From NCBI GenBank assembly GCA_963751455.1, contig CAVVUN010000006.1, positions 192,001-256,000 of the forward strand: 64,000 bases of DNA, written 5' to 3'. This stretch comes from Nitrospirota bacterium (GTDB taxonomy: Bacteria; Nitrospirota; UBA9217). The notes under the pieces are model-generated. The model was not told where the DNA came from, searched no databases, and saw only the letters and a program-made list of their open reading frames with translations. The translations under genes and the position numbers were made by a program. Of this stretch, positions 50,317 to 61,400 are shown one piece after another. The stretch's first letter is position 1, and each line of letters begins with the position of its first letter.

Positions 50317-51909
50317 TTAACTTTCCAAAAGATCCGGACGCATATTGTCGGTAATGGGTGCGTCATTGAACATGGCCCCGGGATTGAAGAGGTCGCCGGG
50401 ATCGAAGATGTTCTTGACCTCGCGCATGTACCCGTACAATGCTTCACCCCATTCCCTTTTTAAATAAGGCGCCCGAAGCCTTCCCATTCCGTGTTCCGCG
50501 GTCACCGTGCCTCCATAGCGCAGCACTGTTTCATATACATCGTCTGCAAGCCTGCGGACTCTTCCGGGAAGGTCCGGCAGGGATGTGTCGAAAAGCGGAC
50601 GGAGATGAAGGTTCCCGTTTCCCGCATGGCCATATATCGGCGAAATCACGCCATGCCTCTCGAAAACCTGCTGCACTTCGGTAATGAATGCGGACAGATG
50701 TTCGGGTGGAACACCGACATCATTGACAACGGCAAGCGCCCTCATGCCCGGTTTAGGATGCTCGATCAGCCAGAGTACCTGCTTTCGAAGCTCCCAGAGG
50801 CTCTGCATTTCGCACACGCTTTGCGCAACCGAAAGAGGTTCAGGCATTTTCAGCCCTGATTGCTGCAGCACGGTAACGGCCTGCTGAACTTTATCCGTCA
50901 ATTCTGATCCGGAAAACTCAACCAGAAGCAGATGCGCATCCCGTGCAAGGCGTCGTGTCCATTTGCGGTTAGCGTTCGGGAGGTCCCTGATGATCTGAAG
51001 TGTTTCACGGCTGACAAGCTCTATCGCTGCCGCATCAAGGTCGCGCAAAACAGTTACTGCCCTGCCTGCCTCCGCCAGATCATCAAACAAAAGAAGAACC
51101 ACTGCCCGTTCCGGTTCAAGCAGTTCAGCTCGCAGTGTTGCGCGGGTGATAAAGCCAAGGGTGCCGACACTCCCCGCAACAAGGTGCAGGATGAGCTGCC
51201 CTGCGGTGAGCCCGTCAAGAAACGCAGACAGATTGTATCCACTCGCGGTTTTAAACCTTTTTCGGGCCTCCAGCGCCCGCACTGATACCCTGTCCTTGCT
51301 GATCTTCCGCTCCAGATCAGCCAGTTTGTTCTTGAGGGATTGCGGTATGGACGTTTCGTCCGCTGTGTTTATAACGTCGCCCCCCGCTGTGACTAATTCG
51401 ACGGATTCGAGGAAGCGGTCGATCGAACCATACTTCAGAGCATGAGGACCGCTTGCCCTGGTAGCGATGTTGCCGCCGATCCGGCTGATAGCAGCGCTCG
51501 TGACATCAGCCGGAAGAAAGAAACCGTGATCCTTCAGGAACTCCTGCAGCTCATTGTGATAGACTCCTGCAGCTGCAGACACGGTCGCGGTCCGGGCCTT
51601 TGCTGAAAAACCCGATATCCGGCTCCAGAACTCGTTCTTCGGCAGTGCTAAAACAATACCCCGGCCAAGCGCGCTTCCCGCTGTTCCCGATCCTCCGGCC
51701 CGACAAGTGATTGGCACACCTTCATCCCGGGCAAACCGGACGATTGCAAGGACGTCTTCGATGTCCTCGGGAAGGACTACGAGCAGCGGTTTTATTTCAT
51801 AGATGCTCTGGTCTCTCGAAAACCGGCCAAGCGATTTGGGATCAACGAGAACATCGCCCCGCACCAGCTCGCGCAGTTTTGCGGCAACTATATTCTCAAT
51901 GATTTGCAT
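50317..51909 (-). CDS. FAD-linked oxidase (GlcD / D-2-hydroxyacid dehydrogenase family)
   Basis: RAGGSGTAG, GHAGNGNLHL, AEHGMG. Confidence 0.88.
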   Translation of the reverse strand: MQIIENIVAAKLRELVRGDVLVDPKSLGRFSRDQSIYEIKPLLVVLPEDIEDVLAIVRFARDEGVPITCRAGGSGTAGSALGRGIVLALPKNEFWSRISGFSAKARTATVSAAAGVYHNELQEFLKDHGFFLPADVTSAAISRIGGNIATRASGPHALKYGSIDRFLESVELVTAGGDVINTADETSIPQSLKNKLADLERKISKDRVSVRALEARKRFKTASGYNLSAFLDGLTAGQLILHLVAGSVGTLGFITRATLRAELLEPERAVVLLLFDDLAEAGRAVTVLRDLDAAAIELVSRETLQIIRDLPNANRKWTRRLARDAHLLLVEFSGSELTDKVQQAVTVLQQSGLKMPEPLSVAQSVCEMQSLWELRKQVLWLIEHPKPGMRALAVVNDVGVPPEHLSAFITEVQQVFERHGVISPIYGHAGNGNLHLRPLFDTSLPDLPGRVRRLADDVYETVLRYGGTVTAEHGMGRLRAPYLKREWGEALYGYMREVKNIFDPGDLFNPGAMFNDAPITDNMRPDLLES

Positions 51910-52064
51910 AATTCGAAATCCATTCGGACGCGGATGAACGCAGATAAACGCTGATTAAGACTCTTATTGAAATATTTATTCAGCCGGGACTTAAGATAAA
52001 TAACTTTTTTAGGTTTATCTGCGTTTATCCGTCTTTTCTGCGTCCCGATTTGCTCTTTCCAGGG

Positions 52065-53438
52065 TCAAATACCGCCCACGGGGCACAACTCCGCATAGAT
52101 CTCGGTTCGGGCATAGTCCCCCTTTGCCAGGACTCCGCGGATGATGCCGATTGCCTGCAGAATTTCGTCTGAAGAAACGATCAGGTGCGGACGGAAACGG
52201 ATGCTCTTTTCACCGCAGCCGACCAGCAGAAGTTTTTCCTTCAGGAAGGCCTTTACGAGCTGGTCACGGGTCCGCGTGTCCGGCGCATCAACGGCGCACA
52301 TAAGCCCCCGGCCTCTGGCATTCGAGACTACTTCGGGGAAGTCTCTTTCCAGTTTCTGCAGTTCCAGGAGCAGCACGTCTCCCTGTACCCGCGCGTTCTC
52401 GACGAGCTGCTCCTCCTCGAGAATGCGGAGGATATGGGTGCACCGGACCATGTCGATCAGATTGCCCCCGAAGGTGGAGTTGATGCGGCTTCGCTGCGTA
52501 AACACGTTGCATCCGACCTCGTCGATTCTGCGGGACGCAAGGATACCGCAGACCTGGGTCTTTTTGCCGAATACGAGAATATCCGGCAGAACTTCGAAAT
52601 GTTCGTACGCCCAAAATTTCCCGGTGAGCCCCACGCCGGTCTGTACCTCATCGAAGATAAGCAGGATCTCATGCTCGTCGCAGATACGCCGCAAAGCCTG
52701 GAAAAACTCCTTCCTGAAATGGTTGTCCCCGCCTTCCGCCTGGATGGGCTCTATGATGATCGCGGCGATGTCGCCCTTCTCCTGCTCTATCACTTCGTGG
52801 ATTTCGCGCAAGGCGCCTTGCTCGCGTTCCCTGACCTTTGCAAGGTTTTCCTGTGTAAGCGGAAAGGTCATCTTAGGATTGCTGATCCGCGGCCAGGGGA
52901 ATTTCGGGAAATACTGTGTTTTGCGGGGATCGAAGGTATTCGTAAGGGACAGGGTATATCCGCTTCTGCCGTGAAACGCCTGGCGAAAATGGATTATCTG
53001 TGTTCCCTTCTCGCTTATCAATCCGCGGGTAAGGTTCTTCCGGACCTTCCAGTCGAACGCGGTCTTGAGCGCGTTTTCCACGGCAAGCGCACCGCCTTCG
53101 ATAAAGAACACGTGCGGAAGATCGGCCGGGATGGCGACCCGCGAAAAAGTGTCGACAAATTCAGCGAGCGCGGTGGTATACATGTCGGAATTCGACGGCT
53201 TGTTCACAGCGCTACGGCCAAGCTGCTCCTGGACCTCGACCAGGCGGGGATGGTTATAACCTACTGCCATGGATGAATACATCGAGAAGAAATCTAGATA
53301 GCGGTCTCCGTTACGCTGGTCAACCAGCCAGGAACCGGAGGATTTTTCCGGATCGAAAATGATGTCGAAGCCCTCGGCCAGCAGATGCCTGGCAACGGTC
53401 TTTTTCACGTCCTGCGGCTGGATCACGGTTGCCTCCAT
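52065..53438 (-). CDS. lat: L-lysine 6-aminotransferase
   Basis: NKPSNSD, GALAVENALKTAFDWKVRKN, FDEVQTG, FGKKTQVCG, RINSTFGGN. Confidence 0.92.
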   Translation of the reverse strand: MEATVIQPQDVKKTVARHLLAEGFDIIFDPEKSSGSWLVDQRNGDRYLDFFSMYSSMAVGYNHPRLVEVQEQLGRSAVNKPSNSDMYTTALAEFVDTFSRVAIPADLPHVFFIEGGALAVENALKTAFDWKVRKNLTRGLISEKGTQIIHFRQAFHGRSGYTLSLTNTFDPRKTQYFPKFPWPRISNPKMTFPLTQENLAKVREREQGALREIHEVIEQEKGDIAAIIIEPIQAEGGDNHFRKEFFQALRRICDEHEILLIFDEVQTGVGLTGKFWAYEHFEVLPDILVFGKKTQVCGILASRRIDEVGCNVFTQRSRINSTFGGNLIDMVRCTHILRILEEEQLVENARVQGDVLLLELQKLERDFPEVVSNARGRGLMCAVDAPDTRTRDQLVKAFLKEKLLLVGCGEKSIRFRPHLIVSSDEILQAIGIIRGVLAKGDYARTEIYAELCPVGGI

Positions 53439-53446
53439 TAAGATTT

Positions 53447-53685
53447 TTATCCGCAGATTACACAGATTTCACAGATTATTTAATCTATGCTATCTCTGCA
53501 CAGAGATCAGAGACTAAAGATAGTATTAAAACTTAACTTTCTTTTGACACGGATAAAAACGGAAGAACGAAATGCATAATTTTTTTCTACAAAATCTGCC
53601 ATTCTGTAATCTTCGTGTCCTTTCAGAATTTACATGCATTTCACAGATTCTTAAATCTGCGTTAATCTGCGAAATCTGCGGATAA
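53447..53685. repeat. Inverted pair of (CRCAGATT)n repeats with a nested second pair
   Basis: TATCCGCAGATTACACAGATT ... AATCTGCGAAATCTGCGGATA; same unit as inside the IS66-like MITEs. Confidence 0.7.
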
Positions 53686-53696
53686 AGTCTCGATGA

Positions 53697-55232
53697 CTAC
53701 TCGATCTCAAACCTGATCCCCTGCGCCAGCGGCAGCGAAGTGCCGTAGTTGATTGTCACGGTCTGACGCCGCATGTAGTTCTTCCAGACATCGGAGCCCG
53801 ATTCGCGGCCGCCGCCCGTTTGTTTTTCTCCGCCGAACGCGCCGCCTATCTCAGCCCCGGATGTGCCCATGTTGACGTTCGCGATGCCGCAGTCGGAACC
53901 GGCTGCGGAAAGAAACTCTTCGGTCTCTCTCAGGTCGGTTGTGAAAATTGCGGACGAAAGACCGTGCTTTGCAGCGTTCTGGAGGGCAATGGCCTGGATA
54001 GCGTCGCCTGAATATTTTATGAGATAGAGGATCGGCCCGAACGTCTCCTCCTGTACAATCGGTAAATGGTTCTCCGCCTCAACAATTGCGGGAATCACGT
54101 AGCAGCCGGATTCAAAACCTTTGCCCGTGAGTGCCGTTCCCCCATAGAGCAACCGGCATCCCTGCGCCTTGCCTGCTTCGAGCGCGGTCGAGAAAGCAAT
54201 GACGGCTTGCGTGTCAATCAGCGGCCCGACGTTGTTCTTTTCATCCAGGGGATTGCCGATCCTCAGGCCTTTATACGCTTTAACGAGCGAATCCCGGACC
54301 TTTTCATAGATATTCTCGTGTACGATCAGGCGGCGTGCTGTTGTGCAGCGCTGCCCGGCCGTACCTACTGCGCCGAAAACAACCGCACGCAGGGCAAGCT
54401 TCAGGTCCGCATGCTCTGTCAGGATGATCGCGTTGTTGCCGCTCAGTTCCAGGATCGTCCTTCCCAGCCTTTCCGCCACGACTTGCGCGGCATGGCGACC
54501 CACGGGGACAGAGCCGGTAAAGGATATGAGCGGCACCCGCCCGTCCCTGAGCAGCAAATCTCCGATTGTCGAGCCCTCGCCGATTACGAGTGAGAAGATA
54601 CCTTCCGGAAGCTCATTTTCCTTCAGCACCTGTGCGATTATTTTCTGAACGGCAATGGCTGAAAGCGGGACCTTGGACGAGGGTTTCCAGATAGTAACGT
54701 CCCCGCAGACCGCAGCGATCATCGCGTTCCAGGACCAGACCGCCACGGGAAAGTTGAAGGACGTTACGATACCGACAATCCCGAGCGGATGGTACTGCTC
54801 GTACATGCGGTGCTGCTCGCGCTCCGAATGCATGGTAAATCCGTGCAGCATCCGGGACTGGCCGACGGCAAAATCGCAGATATCGATCATTTCCTGGACT
54901 TCGCCCAGCCCCTCCTGAAGCGACTTGCCCATTTCGTACGAAACCAGTGTGCCGAGCGGTTCCTTGAAAGCCCGCAGTCGTATACCGATCTGGCGCACGA
55001 TATCGCCGCGCTTCGGCGCAGGCACCTTACGCCAGCCAATAAAAGCCTCTTCTGCAACGCTGACCGCTTTTTGGTACCCTTCCGGCGATGCCTGGCTTAC
55101 TGAGCCTATCACTTTGCCGTCAACAGGGGAAACGACAGTGAGCAGCGGACCGCCGGCTTCCCTGTCCCACCGGCTGCCTGTCGAAACTCCGGAATTATTT
55201 TTCTCGATGCCGAGCTTCGTGATGAAATCCAT
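53697..55232 (-). CDS. ALDH7-family aminoadipate-semialdehyde/piperideine-6-carboxylate dehydrogenase
   Basis: SFNFPVAVWSWN, LELSGNNA, GTAGQRCTT, GAEIGGAFGGEK. Confidence 0.92.
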   Translation of the reverse strand: MDFITKLGIEKNNSGVSTGSRWDREAGGPLLTVVSPVDGKVIGSVSQASPEGYQKAVSVAEEAFIGWRKVPAPKRGDIVRQIGIRLRAFKEPLGTLVSYEMGKSLQEGLGEVQEMIDICDFAVGQSRMLHGFTMHSEREQHRMYEQYHPLGIVGIVTSFNFPVAVWSWNAMIAAVCGDVTIWKPSSKVPLSAIAVQKIIAQVLKENELPEGIFSLVIGEGSTIGDLLLRDGRVPLISFTGSVPVGRHAAQVVAERLGRTILELSGNNAIILTEHADLKLALRAVVFGAVGTAGQRCTTARRLIVHENIYEKVRDSLVKAYKGLRIGNPLDEKNNVGPLIDTQAVIAFSTALEAGKAQGCRLLYGGTALTGKGFESGCYVIPAIVEAENHLPIVQEETFGPILYLIKYSGDAIQAIALQNAAKHGLSSAIFTTDLRETEEFLSAAGSDCGIANVNMGTSGAEIGGAFGGEKQTGGGRESGSDVWKNYMRRQTVTINYGTSLPLAQGIRFEIE

Positions 55233-55331
55233 TGCCGCCGCTCCCCGTACGAGACCTGCATTGTGAATCACCTTCTCATACTATAAGTATAATTGCCTTG
55301 CGCTGCGTCGGCAAGTACGCTGAATTATTAA

Positions 55332-55438
55332 CCTAAAAACGGCAGTTGCTCTTGTTTTGGCCGCAAAGCTTGCCGCCGGTTACGAGTGGAATCGCGAGTG
55401 CAGGGTGAGTTCTCTGCGGTTAACTGCTTTTTATCAGG
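55332..55438. mobile_element. MITE-like element with CCT(A/G)AAAA..GCAGTT termini; relative at 50084-50247
   Basis: Imperfect terminal IR shared by two loci that have different interiors. Confidence 0.5.
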
Positions 55439-55751
55439 ATTAAACGTCTATAACAGGCCCTGACATGGCATCAAGTCAGCGTTTCCTGTCATCCAAGCCG
55501 TCATTCCGGGCTTTGACCCGGAACCCAGCGGCTTTCTTCGATAAGACCCTGGATTCCTGCATTTCGCAGGAATGACGCAGTAGCGGTGTACTTATATGGA
55601 GTAGTATTCAGGAAAAACCGGGGAAGTTTGCGGAGCACAATCTGACCGTCACAGCAAGATGATATTTTTACGACATTTTTATTACAGTCAAAGCTCGCCT
55701 GGTATTTACTCGCGCCATGATGAAGATCAGCCATCCCTGACGTTCGTTTTT

Positions 55752-57962
55752 CTATTTTCCCGCGGTCACCAATTCTTTAAACTCTTCTGCCGGCAGCGGC
55801 TTGCTGAAAAAAAAGCCCTGCGCTTCATCGCAACTGAGAGCCCGAAGAAATGAAAACTGGGTCCTGTCTTCAACGCCTTCGGCAACCACTTTCAGTTTCA
55901 TCGAGTGCGCCATGAGCAGAACCGCCGTAATTATCTTGCGGTCGTCGCTGTTGCTCGCGATGTCTCTGATAAATGATCTATCTATCTTCAGTTTCCGGAT
56001 CCGCAGCCGTTTCAGACGGCTCAGAGAGGAGTAGCCGGTGCCGAAATCATCGATGGATACATTGACTCCCATGTTTGCCAGTTGATCGAGACGGAATATG
56101 GTGCTCTCAATATTTTGCATTGCGACTGTTTCCGTAATCTCGATACTCAGGCATTCAGCCGGCAAACCGGTTTTCTCAAGGATGCCGGAGATCCGTTTGA
56201 CGAGGTCGGAGCTTTCAAACTGTCTTGCCGAAACGTTTACCGTCACGCAGATAGGGGGGAGGCCTCCGGCGCTCCACAAATTGATCTGCTCAGCGACCGC
56301 ATTCAGGACCCATGCGTCGAGCTCGGATAGGAGGCCGATGTCTTCCGCCGTAGCGAAAAACTGTTCAGGCAGGAGAAGTCCTCTTTCCGGGTGCTGCCAC
56401 CGCAGGAGCGCTTCACCCGATACGATATTCCTTGATTTCACGTTTACCAGGGGCTGGTAATACAGGCGGAATTCATTGCGTTCAAGCGCCTGCCGCAGGC
56501 TGTTTTCAAATTTCATCCGCTCCACGGAACGCGTGTTTATGACAGGATTATAGAACTGCAGGTTGTTGCGGCCCTTATCCTTGGCATGATACATTGCGAT
56601 GTCGGCAAAGCGAAGAAGCGTTTCCCCGTCTTCGCCGTCATCCGGAAAGACGCTTATGCCGATGCTTGTTGAGACGTTTATTGCGTGGCCGTTGATCTTG
56701 AACGGCTTCCTGATTTCATTCAGAAGCTTACAGCCCACTTCGGAAGCATATTCCGGCCGGTCGATGTCGGAAAGTATGAGATTGAACTCATCGCCTCCGA
56801 TGCGCGCCACGGTATCCGATTCTCTCACCGTGCTCTTGAGGCGCGCGGCAGCTTCTGTGAGGAGCGCATCTCCGGCGTCGTGTCCGAGCGTGTCATTGAT
56901 CTCCTTGAACCGGTCCAGGTCAAGGAAGAGCACGGCCAGCTTTTTATTGTGCCGCCTCATCTGGGCCAGCTCAACATGGATGATCTCGTTAAAAAGCCGC
57001 CTGTTCGGCAGACCGGTGAGCGCATCATGCTGCGCCATGTGCCTCATAGCTTCCTCCATCTCCCTGCGCTCGTCGTACAGGCGGGCGTTTTCGAGGGCAA
57101 GGGAAAGAGAAGCGGAAAGCTTCCTGATAAAATCCAGGTGAGTCTCTGTAAAAAAGAACGGGGTGAGGGAAAAAAAATTCATAATGCCCAGGACGCTTTT
57201 TTTGATTATCAAAGGAGCCGCCATCATCGAGCGTATGCCGTATTTCCGCACCATCTCGGGATTAAGCCGCTCGTCATTCATTGCGTCATTGAAGGCGACT
57301 ACATCCTTGACTGATGCGGCATACTGAGCACCCTTTGCTTCCCTGGATAAAAGGTATTGACCGATGACGCTTTCCGGCATGTTGTATACATACCGTATGA
57401 TCAAACGCTCGCCCTCGAACAATCCCAGTGAGGATGCATCGGTCCCTATCGATTTAGCGGCTTCTGCGATCACCCGCTGCATGATCTTGTCAAGCTCGAG
57501 CGTCGAGTGAATAACGACATTCAGCCTGTTCAGCGCGTCACTCAGGTCTTTTGCGCTCCTGAGTTGATCGTCCGCCCGCTTGCGCTCTATCGCATAGCGT
57601 ATGGATCTCATCAGAAGTCCGCTGTCAAGCTGTCCTTTTATCAGGTAGTCTTGACCTCCGAAACGTATCGCTTGCGTGGCGATCTCCTGGTCGTCGAGTC
57701 CCGTCAGAACAATGATGGGAACAACCGTATCTTTATCATGAACCTTCCGGAGTGTATCGATTCCCTGGCTATCAGGGAGCCCGAGGTCGAGCAAGACAAC
57801 ATCGAAATGCCTGTCTTTCAGCTGCGCAAGTCCCTCGGATAGACGCTGAACATGTGAAATTACAAACTTTGGATTCGTTGATATCTCCAGCATGTGCCTG
57901 ATAAGATAGGTATCCTTCAGATTATCCTCAATCATAAACACTTTTATGGCTGTATCACCCAT
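55752..57962 (-). CDS. REC-GAF-GGDEF-EAL c-di-GMP signalling protein
   Basis: LLDLGLPD, GGDEF, EALLRW, DDFGTGYSS. Confidence 0.95.
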   Translation of the reverse strand: MGDTAIKVFMIEDNLKDTYLIRHMLEISTNPKFVISHVQRLSEGLAQLKDRHFDVVLLDLGLPDSQGIDTLRKVHDKDTVVPIIVLTGLDDQEIATQAIRFGGQDYLIKGQLDSGLLMRSIRYAIERKRADDQLRSAKDLSDALNRLNVVIHSTLELDKIMQRVIAEAAKSIGTDASSLGLFEGERLIIRYVYNMPESVIGQYLLSREAKGAQYAASVKDVVAFNDAMNDERLNPEMVRKYGIRSMMAAPLIIKKSVLGIMNFFSLTPFFFTETHLDFIRKLSASLSLALENARLYDERREMEEAMRHMAQHDALTGLPNRRLFNEIIHVELAQMRRHNKKLAVLFLDLDRFKEINDTLGHDAGDALLTEAAARLKSTVRESDTVARIGGDEFNLILSDIDRPEYASEVGCKLLNEIRKPFKINGHAINVSTSIGISVFPDDGEDGETLLRFADIAMYHAKDKGRNNLQFYNPVINTRSVERMKFENSLRQALERNEFRLYYQPLVNVKSRNIVSGEALLRWQHPERGLLLPEQFFATAEDIGLLSELDAWVLNAVAEQINLWSAGGLPPICVTVNVSARQFESSDLVKRISGILEKTGLPAECLSIEITETVAMQNIESTIFRLDQLANMGVNVSIDDFGTGYSSLSRLKRLRIRKLKIDRSFIRDIASNSDDRKIITAVLLMAHSMKLKVVAEGVEDRTQFSFLRALSCDEAQGFFFSKPLPAEEFKELVTAGK

Positions 57963-58140
57963 TTCATTCTTATACCCGTTTTTCTGATGTTCACCTTCGT
58001 AGTGCGGTCTTCGGCCGCAGCCAATGCAAATTGTAAATTGACTTGCACCCAGCGATTACGAGTGCGCAAGCGCGAGTGCAGGGTGAAAATTGCAAAGTTG
58101 TGGTATGGCCGTTGGCCATGATTTAATATGTAAATCATTT

Positions 58141-58433
58141 GTAACTACTCAGTTGGCCGCAAGAGCTCGCAAAGAACGACTCGACTAAGCTCGTCGAAGT
58201 CTCAAAAAATAAAATTGAGTATCTCTAATTTAATGCACTCGTAAGAAGTCGTCATTCCCGCTTGTCGGGAATCGTATCGCCACATAACACGATTGAAAAA
58301 TAAGGATTCCGGACAAGCCGGAATGACGGCTATTCGGTGATTTTCGACTTTTTACGAGACCATCAAATTTAATCTCTCTGCGTTCTATGCGTTCTTTCGC
58401 GGCTAATTGGGTTGGTTTAAGCTGAATAGTTAC
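58141..58433. mobile_element. IS66-like MITE, copy 3, with a different interior
   Basis: TIRs GTAACTACTCAG/CTGAATAGTTAC; 8-bp TSD AATCATTT. Confidence 0.8.
58231..58365. mobile_element. IS1182-like MITE nested in the IS66-like MITE
   Basis: Ends TAATGCACTCGTAAGAAGTC/GACTTTTTACGAGACCATCA resemble the IS at 27808-29682; 4-bp TSD AATT. Confidence 0.75.
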
Positions 58434-58484
58434 AATCATTTTTCACTCTGCACTTTGCAATTTGCACTTTGCAATTATGTTATT

Positions 58485-61400
58485 CTACTTCCCCGTCACA
58501 TCCTCGATCCCCAGGAGGATCGTCTCCGTCTTTGCTTCTTCCTTAAATATCCTGCGGGCATTGAGCCGCATCTTTCTAAGCCCGAGCTCCGGGAAATCGT
58601 GCTCTACCTCAAAGCCTTGAGCTCGGTGCTCTCCGGCAGGATCTTTTCCAGGAGCTCCCGCAGTTTCGGGATGTCCCACTGCCGGTTCCCAATGTCGTAA
58701 ATCAGCCTTCCTTCGGTATCAGCATGAGACACCCGGAAGGTCTCAAAAAATGATTTATTCGCGGAAATCACTTTCAAGGCCGAGTCGAGGACCAGGAACG
58801 GCTCACGTACGGCCTCAATGATTCCTCTCGTGTAGGTCAGTGCGGCCTGGAGCTCCGCCGCAAGCCTCTGGGCGGTGATATCCACGAACGTGATGACCGC
58901 GCCGTCGATGGTATTGTTCTTCACGCGGTACGGCAGCACGCGCGCGAGATACCAGCGGTCCTCGGGATGCCTGACCGTTCTCTCTTTCAACTCGGACGTT
59001 CTCATGACCTCTTTGACATCAGCCAGGAATTCCGGGTAATCGAGCTTTGAAGCGATATCGTTGATAGGACGTTGGATATCAGTCTCTATGAGGCTGAACA
59101 GCGCGACGACGTCCGGAGTGAAGCTCTTGATGCGGAGATTGTTGTCCAGGAATATCGTCGCGATGCGGGTGCTGGAAACCAGGTTCCTCATATCGTTATT
59201 CGCCTGGTTCAGCGCGCCGATCTTGCCCTCAAGCTCTGAGTTTACGATCATCAATTCTTCATTCATGGACTGGAGCTCCTCACGGGATGTCTCCAGTTCC
59301 TCGTTGGTGCTTTGCAGCTCCTCATTGGAGGACTGGAGTTCCTCGTTCGTGGACATGAGTTCCTCATTGGAGCTCTCCAGCTCTTCAATCGCACTCTGCA
59401 GGTTCTCCTTTGTCGATTTCAGCTCGTATTCCAGTTCCAACATACGGGCCTCGCTCTTTTTCTCCGCGCGGTCTTTGGCTGGGGCAAACTTCTCATCTTT
59501 TCTTCGGGGCACGGGATTGAACACGACCATAATCAGGCCCTGGAGATGATCGGGTGCGGCTATATAGTTCGCGTCCAGGTTGATCGTTTCCACACCCCCG
59601 TCCGTTTTCACCTGGACCTGCTCGTACCTGATGCTCTTCTTTTCCTTTACCGCTTTCCGAAGAGCGGTCCTGAGATCGAGGCGCAGTCCCTCACGCGCCA
59701 TTTCAATAATATTCATGCTCGCTCTTCCCGATGCGGGTTCCAGGTATTTCCCGGTGCGCCCCTTTATATAGAGAATATCGCCCCTTTCGTTCACGATGGC
59801 GCAGGGCGGCGAATATCGCTCGAGGAGAAGCTTTTCAGTGAGTTCGTGTATCTTCAGGGCCTGCGGTTCTTTCGCCGCCGGAAGGCCGTCGGGCTTCACG
59901 CCCCTGCCCAACTGGTCGATATGGCGCAAGCCGACGATGGCGGGAGGAAGGGTCTGCACCTTCACGGCTTGAAATATTTTCCATTTGCTGTTGACTGTTT
60001 TGAACATGTCTATCGAATCTCCGATGTTTTCCGAGGACCCGAGAAAAAGCATGCCTCCGGGATTCAGGCCGTAATGAAACAGGGGCAGCACCTTTTTCTG
60101 GATTTGCGGACCGAGATAAATGAGCAGGTTCCTGCAGCTGATCAGGTCGAGTTTGGAGAAGGGCGCGTCCTTGATCACGTTCTGGATGGAAAAGACCGTC
60201 ATTTCCCTGAGCTCTTCCTTTATCTTGTAGGTATTGCCCTCCCTGGTGAAATACCGGTTCAGTCTCTCCGGGGAAACATCCACGGAGATATTGTCCGTAT
60301 ACGTTCCGGCCCGGGCGATTTCTATCGCGCTGCTGTCGATATCCGTGGCGAAGATTTGTACCTTGAAATGGTTCTTTGTCTGTTCCGCGTATTCATGCAG
60401 GATGATGGCAAGGGAATAGGCCTCCTCGCCGGTGGAGCAGCCGGGCACCCAGACGCGGACCGGGTTTTCATACGATTTGTTTCTGGCGATGACGGGCACG
60501 ACCTTTTCCTTTAAGGCTTTGAACGCCGCTTCGTCCCTGAAAAAATTGGTCACCCTGATAAGGAACTCCTTGAAGAGGATGTCGATTTCATGCTTGTTGT
60601 TCTGCAGATAGGTCACATAGTCCGCGAGATCGTCGATCTGGTGCAGGGCCATCCTGCGCTGGATCCTGCGCAGGATCGTATTCTGCTTGTATAAGGAAAA
60701 ATCATGGCCCGTGTGCGCGCGTATCAACGAGAAGATACGCTGTTGCTGCTGCTGCATGTCTACCCTTCCGGACGGCCGCTCTTCGAGCGAAGGTTGTCTC
60801 TTCAGCGATTGTTTCACGTAACCAAGAAGGCGTTCGGGCAATTTTGACGCAGGGAGTACGTCATCAACCAGACCGGTAGCGATAGCGCTGGACGGCATCC
60901 CGTCGTATTTGGCCTCTTTCGGGTCCTGCGCCAGGACCAGTCCGCCCTCTCCCTTCACCGCCTTCAGCCCGAGCGTGCCTTCCGTGCCTGTTCCCGAGAG
61001 GATGATGCAGACTGCGTTCTCGCCCTTGTCCTGCGCGAGCGCACGGAAAAAGAAATCGATCGGATGCCTGAGCCCCCTCGCTGCCGAGGGTTCGAGGAGC
61101 ACCAGCTTCCCGCGCAGGATCGACATGTCCCTGTTCGGGGGGATAATGTAGACATTATTCGGTTCGACCGCGGTCCCATCCTCCGCCTGCACGACCGGCA
61201 TCTTCGAGGTCCGCTGGATCAGTTCCGGCATCATGCTTTTATGCGTGGGATCGAGATGCGGGACCAGGACGAACCCCATGTTGCTGTCCGGGGGCATATT
61301 GGCAAAGAACTGCTCGAAGGCTTCGAGACCGCCGGCGGACGCGCCGATCCCGACGACCGGGAAACCCGGTTTCGTCTCACTTCGCGCGACAACGGCTTTC

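Noticed and set aside
48990-53700. CRISPR array suggested by recurring short repeats
   Set aside because: The repeats are inverted pairs of 7-9-mers with no constant 25-40-bp repeat/unique-spacer periodicity, and no cas genes are present.
59240-59420. 21-bp periodicity (NEELQSS repeats) and a Q5 run near 60745
   Set aside because: This is the ordinary heptad coiled coil and linker of CheB-CheR fusions.
52141-60514. Long plus-strand ORFs (52141-52974, 52185-53276, 59312-60514)
   Set aside because: They are antisense shadows of well-supported GC-rich minus-strand genes and have no recognisable motifs.
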